Shown here in pieces: positions 20,619-30,663 of a DNA stretch of 32,000 nt (its first letter is position 1; each line of letters opens with the position of its first letter). The position numbers and the translations under genes were made by a program. This DNA is from Zygophlyctis sp. KS116 (taxonomy: Eukaryota; Fungi; Chytridiomycota). Location of the stretch: the NCBI GenBank assembly GCA_054661495.1, contig BAAFSQ010000070.1, positions 12,184 through 44,183 on the forward strand, given 5' to 3'. The notes below the pieces were generated by a model that had not been told where the DNA came from, made no database searches, and worked only from the letters and a program-made list of their open reading frames with translations.

Positions 20619-23600
20619 ATGTTTGGAGGATTCGGCAACAATCAAAATACTAATTTTGGAAATACACAGGCTAATCCTGGCTTTGGGGCCTCTCCGTTTG
20701 CTTCTAATACAAATGCGAATACAAACACTACTGCTGGTTTTGGCTTTGGGCAACCGGGCCAACAGCAAAATCCTACTTTTGGAAGCTCCAATTTCAGTAA
20801 TTTATCCATTCTAAAAAATAGATCCACAAGGCTTTGGCTCAACTGGCTTCAATCAAACTGCATCATCTTTTAATACAGGCGCTACAACTTTTCCTCCTGG
20901 TCAAACCGCGGGATTTGGAGGCTCGGGAGGCTCGTCTTTTGGTGGATTTGGACAGCAACAGCAACAGCAACAGCCTTCTAATACTTTTCAGAGTAGTAAT
21001 ACTTTTGGGATGACAAATACTCCTACATCTGGGTTTGGAATGGGTAGTGGTAATATTACATCTACTACAACTAATCAGGGTACGGGTAATCCGAGCTATG
21101 CTCCAACTCAGGATAAAGAAAGTGGTGCTATATTATCTTCAATGAGTGTATTTCATTCTATTTCAGCTATGCCAGCTTACAAAAATTGGTCCTTTGAAGA
21201 ATTAAGATTTGCAGATTATGGGCTGAATAAAAAGTATGCTGGTGTAGCGGCTGGTGGTGGTTTTGGAAATACTGCTTTTGGATCTACTATGCAAGCCCCA
21301 ACAGCTTTTGGATCTACTATTGCCCCAACAGCTTTTGGGGCTACTAATGCTGCCACTGCATTTGGGGCTTCTAATGCTCCTCAAACGAGTACTTTTGGTG
21401 GTATGAATACAACTGGTGGGTTTGGATTTGGTGCCTCTACAACAACCGCTTTTGGAGCACAGCCTCAAGGTTCTCAGGCTGCAGGTGTTTTTGGTGCTTC
21501 TTCTACAACTCCTGCTTTTGGAGCTACAGCAGGTGGTTTTGGTCAAACTCAGGGAGCGACGGCGTTTGGTCAAAAACCTGCAGCTACAACAGCATGGGGT
21601 AAACTCTAGATATATTTACTAATAGGGGCTCAGGCAACAGGAACGGCTTTTGGAACGTCTCCTGCTTTTGGCGCACAACCGACAGCTGCAGCTCCTACTT
21701 CCACATGGGGTATGATTGATTTTTATTTCTTATAATTAGGAGCACCTGCTGCTTCTGCTGGGTTTGGAATTCAAACTACAGCGGCTCCAAGTGCTTTTGG
21801 ACAGCCGGCTCAGCCAGCAGGCGGATTATTTGGTGCTAAGCCGGCTAGTGTAGGGTTCTCTTTTGCTCCAACTACTACGGCTCCTACAGCTTCGACTGGT
21901 TTGTTTGGAACTGCTTCATCGGCGCCCATGTTTGGAGCGACGCAGCAGCAAGCTACTCCTGCTGGAGGTCTATTTGGTGGTGGAGCTTCTAAGCCAGGTT
22001 TTTTATTTTGAGTTAAAATTAGGGTTTTCTTTTGGAACAGCGGCTTCAACTTCGGCTCCTTTTGGCACATTAGCTTCGACAACTTCGAATGCACCCTCTC
22101 TTTTTGGGACATCATCAACCCTCGGTCAACCGGCAACAAGTGGCGGTGGCCTTTTTGGAGCCCCTGCTGTTACTACGCAGCCAGCTATGGGCTTATTTGG
22201 TACTCCATCCACTTCATTTTCGCAACCCACTGGATTATTTGGAACGTCAACTGCCCCTAAACTCGGTATATCGTTTTTTTAAATTTCTAGGGGGATTTGG
22301 CTCATTTCAAGGGACTGCACCTCAAACTGGAATGGCTGGAATGGGTACATTAGGTGGTGGGATGTTTGGACAGACTCCAGGAAGTACGAACAATCTAGGC
22401 ACCACATCACTTTTTGGAGGAATGACCCCTGCTGTATCACGTCCTCAAGGACCAACCTTGACTGCTACTATAGATAGGAATCCATTTGGAGTTAATCCAC
22501 TTTTCACTCCATCCAAGGCACCAACTGAACCTTCCAACATAACCTCCGATCCACTAGTTCTATCGGTACAGAACGCCGAAAAGAAGAAGCCAATATTGAC
22601 ACCTCATTTTAAGGTTACCCCTCGTAGCACCTCGAAGATTAAGTTGCGCGGTTTTGCAGGGACATCTCCAGTCTCTGGTCAAGGTCTTTCAGAACCGAAA
22701 TCTGCTCTAAAAATTCAGCCCACTATAGTCAAAGAACAAAGGCAAGTTGGTTTAGATTCGAGATTTACCCCCCGTAAGACTATGACCAAGCTAATAATTT
22801 CTGAAACTCCGGAACCTTCTACTACCTCAGTCTCATCTCAGCAAAAAACTCTGAAATCAGGTACGAAAGAAGTGACATTCGATCCTTCCTTAGAAGAGGT
22901 TGCACTATCTTCTTTCAAAGAAAAGGAAATTGTTTTGCCTGCCTCACAGGATGCTAATAGAAGTGAACTGTCTACTCCATCAAAAACTGCACTTACCAGT
23001 TCATCTGCACTAACGTCTCCTCTCGTACTGGCAAAATCTTCCGATTACATGATTGAGCCACCTATTTCAGATCTTCTACTTCTTAGTGATGAAGAGTTGC
23101 ATGCCGTTTCTGGTTTTAAAGTTTCTCTAGAGGGCGTTGGCTGGGTTAAATTTCTCCGTCCGGTCGATCTTTTAGAGGCTTCGCCTACGGGTACACGGTC
23201 AGGAATAGTTCAAATTCCAGGATCTGTAGTAATATTGGAACCTAAAATTTGCACTGTATACCCAGACGAAAATGTGAAACCACCTTGTGGCTTTGGATTA
23301 AATGTTCCTGCTGAAATCAATATTGAAAAATGCTGGCCGCTTGATAAATCAACCAAAAAGCCTGTTCTGGATGAGTCAGATCCAAGACATGATCGCCATA
23401 TGCAAAAACTTGAGAGAATGCCAGGTACAAAGTGGCTCGGATTTCACAATCCTTCTGGAACATGGAGATTTAGAGTGGAGCATTTTAGTAGATATGGATT
23501 GATTGATGAAGATTCTGATGAGGAAATAGATGACCGCCTAGTACCCCAAGAAAGAGAAATGAATAATCAACACAATACTATTTTAGAGATAGTTGGCGCC

Positions 23601-26479
23601 GACGAAGAAGATGAATCAATTGCAAAAGATTCTTTTGCTTACCTGAAGGGCCGCAAAGTGCTTCTAATGAGTGACAGTTCTTCTGAAGAAGATAACCAAA
23701 TCTCTCATCCTGATTTTTCAGGAGTTGAACTTGATGCTTCTGAAGAGGATTCCGAAAATATAATTTTGGCAGGGACATCAACAGACGATTATGATTCTGA
23801 AGATACGAGGGATGCTGATGAAAATGATGAACACTCAATAGAAAGTTTTGGAGCTGCTTATGTTTCAGAAAACAAGAATTTTGGAGTCATCAAAGACGAT
23901 TTAGCTTCTTCTTTTTCCTCAATAAGAAATGCTGCGAATTCGATACAGCAACGGGATCTGGCGCGGAAAGTTCAGACAATGAAATCATCACTTTTTTCAG
24001 CTTCTCGTGAAAGCAGGAAGGAAATAGTAACTGAAAATTCTTTATTTGGTTCAACACCTTTAAGATTTGATTTAAGTAATTCAAAAAATGTAGAAATTTC
24101 TTCAGAGAACTCAAAAAGGGAAAAGACGGATTTTAGTCCAGAACGTGGAGAATTTGATTCACGTAACGATTTTGAATTATTAAGGAATCATGATTCTTTA
24201 TTATCGTCTCCTAAAAAGTATCGTAAATCATTTTCCTCTAATGATTCAAAAGACCTACCTACTTTAAGTCAAAGTGTATTGATAGGAAACGAAATACAGA
24301 TCGCTGATGCATCACTTTTTATGTCTCGCTGTTTTCGAGTTGGTTGGGAATCTAAAGTTTTTATAAGACGAAGGTAAGATCTAATTACTCAACGAAAAGT
24401 TCTCAGGGATATTCTAAACTAGAAATCATACCGATTGAACAATTATCCGGGTTTCCTAGTAATGCAGAACCACAGTTACAATGTTTGAAGCAGGTTCTAA
24501 CAGAAACATCTGTTTCCTTTATATCCGTTATATCGGAAGATTCAGAAGAAGAAGAAGAACTACTGGGAGAAAATGAAAGTTCATTTGTGAATGTCAGCAA
24601 AATACCAAAAGCTACTCTTTCCAATCGCCTTCATTTTTCTCAAATGGAAGCTATTACCGCTAATGAGGATGTATTCAGCATCATTGATCAAGGGTTATGG
24701 AAGCTGGCTTCGGCTCTTTGGGATGATATAATTCTTCCCGCTCAAAGTATGGAAATGAATGAAAATGAAATAAGCGGGATAAGAGAATCGCTTCGCAAAG
24801 AAAAGTTTAGTGCCTGGTTGAGATGGGCTATTAACTCGAAAATCACTGTAAACTTAAAAGAAAAATCAAGCAGTGAGAAAATATGGCACTATTTGGTTTC
24901 TCGAAGGATTGATTTAGCTATAAACGAAGCTTTGCATGATAAAAACTTTAGGCTTGCATCTTTACTGACCCAGATCAATGGTCCATCAACAACGATATCA
25001 ACCAAGCATCCTCGGTCTGGGCTGGCAAGTGATCATATATATTTTGGCGGTGAGGGTACAGATTATGGCGTCATTGAAGACATATCTGCCCAAATGAGGA
25101 TATGGCAGAGAGCCGCAATGACTCATATGGATTCAAGTCTTTTGGGAGTTTGGAAAATACTGTCCGGTAATATGGAGTTATGGGATTCAGCGATTTTTAA
25201 GACTTTGAATGACTGGAAGCAATTTTTTGGTTTATATTTTTGGTACGGTCATGGTGGCCATTTATCTATTCATGATGTTTCGGAACTTTATGTTTCTCTA
25301 TATTCCAATAATAATCAGATACCCGCACCGAAACCAGACTATTCCAACGACCAAAAAGAGACAGATATTTGTTTTAATCTCATTAAACTCTTTGTAGATG
25401 ATTCTACCCCTCTAGAGCAGGCGCTTAAGCCGTCATCTTTTTCATCGAAGACTCTCGACTATCTGTCCGCATGGATTATCTATACTATTTTAGCTAAAGT
25501 AAAGAATTTACGGGATTTCCAGGATGCAAAAGCTTTTTTTACCGAACACAAAGTAGTTGATACCCCTAACGAAGAGTTATCAGGTTATCCGGTCATTTCT
25601 TCCGTCAGTAGCAAAGCAGATATGGTTACATCAAACGTAGTAAATCAGCTGGAAATCATAGGTTTGTGGCAGTGGGCCATTTTTGTTTCCCTGTTCCTGA
25701 CTGATCATTACCAGCGTTCATTTGCCATCAAAAGACTTCTTGGGCGTTATTATCCGATTAATGACAATAGTGGTAGTGCTTTCAATAATTCTGAAGGAGC
25801 TGTGTCTTCTACATGGGAATTTTTAGTTAATCAGATTAAGGTTCCCACTAATTGGATACATGAATCACGGGCTTTAAATGCTCGAAATATTTGCCAGCCA
25901 ATCCAGGAATCTGTGAGTCTCTTTGATGCAAATCTTTATGATTCGTGTCATACTGTGGTGATTTCAAAAGTAGCACCGGTGAGTTTATTCTCAGGTATTT
26001 TTATTTTCGAGTTAACATTAGCAAATCACTCGTTCCTCTGCTCTATCTTAACTGCGCTTGATTCCCAATCTATAAATAACTGGGAAATTGGTGGTAACCT
26101 GATTTTGAATTATCTCAAAATTGTCAACCACGTTCCAAATCTGATTAAAAAGGCCGAGTTAAGTCAAACAAATGCATCTGTGGCTGATAGATCTGAAAAT
26201 CTTTTTGCGATTGAAGAATTGAAAGATGTTTGGATCGATAGAATCCGTTCAATCATTATGTTAATTGAAAATATTAACCCACAAAGAGACTCTGTTTGGC
26301 ATAAATCGGACATCTCCACCAAAAGCTTGAATTTCATATCAGAAAAGATTGATAATCTATTACTGGATTCTTTACAAGTTGTAGGAGGTTTAGATGAGCA
26401 AAGTATGGGACGAGGCTCTGGTTTATCTTTTGTGATCTCTGAAAGTAGAGAATGGTTTTCGTCAATTTTATCTGCCTAA
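20619..26479 (+). CDS. NUP98: Nucleoporin Nup98-Nup96 precursor (8 exons; introns 20797-20821, 21599-21625, 21710-21739, 21998-22022, 22266-22290, 24374-24399, 25995-26021)
   Basis: FG/GLFG repeats, GLEBS (SISAMPAYKNWSFEELRFADY), peptidase S59 domain with the autocleavage site RVEHF|SRYGL, and Nup96 motifs DASLFMSRCFRVGW, DWKQFFGLYFWY, QLEIIGLWQWAIFV. Confidence 0.97.
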
Positions 26480-26626
26480 AACGTTTGTTTGCAAATCAAT
26501 CTCATTCAATCTCCAATACAAATGAATACTTTAAAATGCTTTTTAGATTTTAAATCTTGAGTTTAAAAATCAATTTATTACTCTCAATTCTACAGAGTAA
26601 TTGCTTTCTGGTTCAAGATCAGCAAA

Positions 26627-27109
26627 ATGATCCAAAGTCGAGAGTTTGTTTGCGATGCGTCATTTGAAACATTAGTATTGGCAATCATTCATAGTACAAA
26701 AGAATTTAAAACCTCCTGGAACTCCTATATTGCATTCAAATGAAAATGCAGATAGGCCATTAGATGCTTCCACCGTTTTCCTTTTTTTGGATTAAAATGG
26801 TCTTATTACCATACGTTATATTATTTCGCCTTACTGTTTTCAGTTGGCATTTTATCAGTGACTCCTGGTTTTGCGGAGCGTCGAATGATTTGGATAGCTT
26901 TCTTGACGATAGGAGTCATCTATTTGACTGATGATCTGCAAGGATATATGAGTCCTATTCTGTACGATATATATACTGGAGAAGCATTACACACAACTGG
27001 TGCATCTTGTTTGGGAATTCCTCAGCATGTGGCAGTAGGACCTCAAACAGCATTTGCTGGATGCGTATGTATGATTCTAGCATGCTTTTATCTGATCGTT
27101 TGTACTTGA
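26627..27109 (+). pseudogene. Frameshifted Sho1-like 4TM paralog (copy 1)
   Basis: Pieces lie in different frames: ETLVLAII, GTPILHSNEN, then YYHTLYYFALL..FAERRMIWIAFLTIGVIYLTDDLQGY..GPQTAFAGC, all matching the intact copies. Confidence 0.7.
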
Positions 27110-27295
27110 TGGTGTCTTTCATGTTCTAAACAATAAAATCCGGTTTTGAATTCTAGCTTTAGTTTCAAGATTTATTAGTGTAGAATTTCTGGGAAGATCA
27201 AGAAGTTTGAAGATCTTGGGCTTCTCTTTGAGTAATTTTTGTCCGCTCTCTTGTTGCTATTTTTGGATAATATATTTAAAGGTATCATCTCAAAG

Positions 27296-27853
27296 ATGAG
27301 GAGTACATTTATAAACAGTGAAACTACCGATTCTCCAGATGAAAGGCTTTTAGAACCAAAAAAAATATGAAGCCAATAGGAGTTGCATTGGCATTTATTG
27401 GGGTGACTATGAATTTTGTTGCACTTTGCATCCTATCAATTAACAATAGTGCACTCAGAAAAACTATTCACAAAAAAAAGCAGTACCAACACAGCCTATA
27501 TGGCACAGGCTGTGTTGGTACTGGTATTAACTGCATTTTGCGATTTAACAGTATCTCCCATCTTTTCTGAACATCGCATGAATTTAATGGCTTTCTTGGG
27601 CATAGCATTCGTCTATCTGACTAATGATCTACAAACTTCATTCTCTTTAATGTTTCTAACTGATGAATCAAGGTTCTATATTAATTCTGCTACCGCAAAA
27701 CTGTTAAGCAGCGAAAATCAGTTTCCAGCTGTGGTTTCACTTTATGAGAGTGGGCGCTTCTGTTATTTTCGCGGTGCCACTGTTTCTAGTCTGTTGTCTA
27801 TACTAGAAGCAAATCGGAATCATTGTTATCTATTAGGGGGTAAAATTCACTGA
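27296..27853 (+). pseudogene. Frameshifted Sho1-like 4TM paralog (copy 2)
   Basis: ALAFIGVTMNFVALCILSINNS and FSEHRMNLMAFLGIAFVYLTNDLQ are in different frames. A8 runs at ~27358 and ~27472 lie near the shifts, and TM4 is degenerate. Confidence 0.7.
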
Positions 27854-28127
27854 ACAAACTAGTGTCATCGAAATGGATTTATTGCCTTGAGGGTATTATT
27901 ACTTGGGTATTGCTTTTTAAGTTTCCAGACGCCACTTTGCGAAAATAAATCCAAAATATTTTCTTGAATAATTATACTAAATCTATCATCTCAGTATCCA
28001 ATGCTGGTCAAACGGGGGGCTTTAGACCAAATTTGCACGATTTGATGATGATAAGTGACTAAAATTGATGAAAAATGCTGATCTTGTCAAATTTTAACAG
28101 AAAATTCTTATCTGGCCCTTTCTAAAA

Positions 28128-28673
28128 ATGACAATGTTTGCAATGACCGAAGACCCAAAGTCTGAAGAACAACAGAAAAATACTTTTAACAGAGAGAAGC
28201 TCACTAATCTGATTGTAGTAGCATTCGCCATCTTTGGTGCTTTCTTGAACTTTGTTGGAGTCTGCATTCTACAAAGTAATAGTAATAAACTTTCCAGAAC
28301 TATTCCTTCTAGATTTGGATCTGTAGCTGTCTCCTCTAGTGTTGATCATGCTTTTGATACACAGTGGTATCATACTTTTTACTATGTTGCTGTATTGGTT
28401 GCATTTTGTGTATTATCAATGCTGACTAGCTTTTCTGATCATAAAATGACTTTGATGGCATTCTTGGCTATAGGATTCGTATATCTGACTGATGATATGC
28501 AAGGTTATATTTCTTCTGCTAGAGCTGAAAGTGGTGTAGCAAGTACAGATAATTTTACTTCTGGAGGTCCTGCAACTGCATTTACTGGATGTTTCTTTAT
28601 GGTTCTGGCTTGGTTTTATATGATGATTTTCACTGGAGGAATGCCTTCAATGCCTTCATTCTTTAAAAAATAA
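28128..28673 (+). CDS. Four-TM membrane protein resembling the Sho1 osmosensor TM domain, no SH3 (copy 3)
   Basis: Four hydrophobic segments. W at the start of TM2, H..L.AFLAIG.V..T in TM3 and A..G......W..G in TM4 recall the Sho1 tetraspan region. Confidence 0.75.
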   Translation: MTMFAMTEDPKSEEQQKNTFNREKLTNLIVVAFAIFGAFLNFVGVCILQSNSNKLSRTIPSRFGSVAVSSSVDHAFDTQWYHTFYYVAVLVAFCVLSMLTSFSDHKMTLMAFLAIGFVYLTDDMQGYISSARAESGVASTDNFTSGGPATAFTGCFFMVLAWFYMMIFTGGMPSMPSFFKK

Positions 28674-28715
28674 ATTTGGAACTTGGTTTCGAACTTAATA
28701 GTTAGGTCCGATCAA

Positions 28716-29063
28716 ATGACTTTTGACAGAAGTAGGCCCACAATCCACAGGAGTATCTCCAACATCATTTTCTGAGTACATCAGATTTTAAAGAGTGATG
28801 GGAGTATTTTGAGGGCTGGAGAGTTGGAATTTCTTCTTAACTTAAGCAATGCATCCACATTAGCACATCCTTGAATACAATATTTGTCAAGAAATGTCTT
28901 TACAGGAGTCTCATATGCAACCCAGAGCTTTTGCGACATTTATGGTTTTGCAGCAAGAGATGCGCCACGAGCCGAAATTGTATATAATGTACTTAAACTC
29001 TACTTCATGGATGGAGTCATTAACAATGATGCATTACTTAATAAGAGAACTATATGTAAATAA
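28716..29063 (+). pseudogene. Possible decayed ORF (116 codons, two internal TGA)
   Basis: ATG 28716 to TAA 29063 is broken only by two TGA codons. VHQILKSDGSILRAGELEF weakly resembles the methyltransferase RILKPGG..E motif. Confidence 0.3.
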
Positions 29064-29305
29064 AATGTGATCATTCGGTGCTCATTAGATGCTCTGACGA
29101 CGTTTTGGTACGACTTATTTAAAACTGGCTTTCGGACTAAATATCAAAAATAATTTAATTTTAAGATGATAAATTTGGCGATGGATATTGATATTTTGCA
29201 CTTAAAAACCATTGTCTCGAGATCTTGTCAAAGTCTATTTATAGATTCTTAAAGTATTTATAGATTGAAAGTAGTTTTTATTATTTTCTCCCTCCAATCT
29301 GGCCA

Positions 29306-29821
29306 ATGACTCAATCAACTTCTAATTTCAGTATTACTGCTGAAAAGCTCATTCATGTTCTTCTACTAGCATTCGCCATCTTTGGTGCTTTTTTAAATTT
29401 GGCGGGTCTCAGTATTCTGCAAAATAATAGCAATTTGGTTGAGAGAAATGCACAGAGATTTGGATCTGTAGCTGTCTCCTCTAGTCTTAGCCATGCTTTT
29501 GATACACAGTGGTATCATACTTTTTACTATGTTGCTGTATTGGTTGCATTTTGTGTATTATCAATGCTGACTAGCTTTTCTGATCATAAAATGACTTTGA
29601 TGGCATTCTTGGCTATAGGATTCGTATATCTGACTGATGATATGCAAGGTTATATTTCTTCTGCTAGAGCTGAAAGTGCGTTAGTGAGTCGTACAGTGAA
29701 CTTTACTTCTGGAGGTCCTGCAACTGCATTTACTGGATGTTTTTTTATGGTTCTGGCTTGGGTATATATGATGATGTACACTGGTGGAATGCCTTCATTA
29801 CCGTCTTTCCAAAAGAAATAA
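29306..29821 (+). CDS. Four-TM Sho1-like membrane protein (copy 4)
   Basis: Paralog of copy 3; 29492-29678 is identical to 28347-28533 (187 bp). Confidence 0.75.
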   Translation: MTQSTSNFSITAEKLIHVLLLAFAIFGAFLNLAGLSILQNNSNLVERNAQRFGSVAVSSSLSHAFDTQWYHTFYYVAVLVAFCVLSMLTSFSDHKMTLMAFLAIGFVYLTDDMQGYISSARAESALVSRTVNFTSGGPATAFTGCFFMVLAWVYMMMYTGGMPSLPSFQKK

Positions 29822-30028
29822 AGTTGGAATTGAAGTTTTGAATAAATGTTGATTTTTGCGTAGCTAGTCTATGAGAATATTAAGTAATCGTCTCATTGAT
29901 TTATACGATCAAGCGATCGAAACTTTTTGATGTTTGGTTGTAGTGTTCAACCGCAATTTGAAACACAATACGAAACTGTTTGGCACAATTGCCGTAATTG
30001 TTTCAACAGTTCTTTATAAAAATAAAAG

Positions 30029-30544
30029 ATGCCTCCATTCTCTTCTAATCAAAAGACTTTCAATACCGAAAAGCTCGCCTTCATGTCTGCAATGGCATTG
30101 GGCGGCATAGGAGCCATTCTATACCTTGCTGGAGTCTGCATTCAACAAATTAATAGCAACAATAGTCTTCGAAATTCAGCTGCTGCAAAAGCTGGTACTG
30201 TTCCTGCTTCTACTGCATCTTCAGCTGCTTTCGAAACACAATGGTATCATACCGCCTACTATATTGTAGTAGTTATTTCATTCGGCATTTTATCAATGCT
30301 GTCTACCTTTGCTGAACATCGAACGACTCTATTGGCATTTCTGGCTATAGGATTCGTCTATCTGACTGATGATCTACAATTTTATGTTACGTCTGCTAGA
30401 GCTGAAAGTGGTTTCGTTAGTTCACCACCCAGCTTTACAGCCGGAGGACCTGTAGCTGCTGCTGCTGGTTGCATTTTCATGATTTTATCATGGTTCTACA
30501 TGCTAGTTTACTCTGCAGGTAGCCCATTATTCTCAAAGAAATAG
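30029..30544 (+). CDS. Four-TM Sho1-like membrane protein (copy 5)
   Basis: ETQWYHTAYY, FAEHRTTLLAFLAIGFVYLTDDLQ and PVAAAAGCIFMILSW (AAAAG as in Sho1 TM4). Confidence 0.75.
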   Translation: MPPFSSNQKTFNTEKLAFMSAMALGGIGAILYLAGVCIQQINSNNSLRNSAAAKAGTVPASTASSAAFETQWYHTAYYIVVVISFGILSMLSTFAEHRTTLLAFLAIGFVYLTDDLQFYVTSARAESGFVSSPPSFTAGGPVAAAAGCIFMILSWFYMLVYSAGSPLFSKK

Positions 30545-30663
30545 TTGGAAACTCTGGCAGTTTATTATTTTCTCAAAAATAGATTTTTAGTTTTAGTTTC
30601 AGAAAATGTTATCACGAGTTATTATCTATGAAGATTATTTATTCTAGTACACTATTAATTAAT

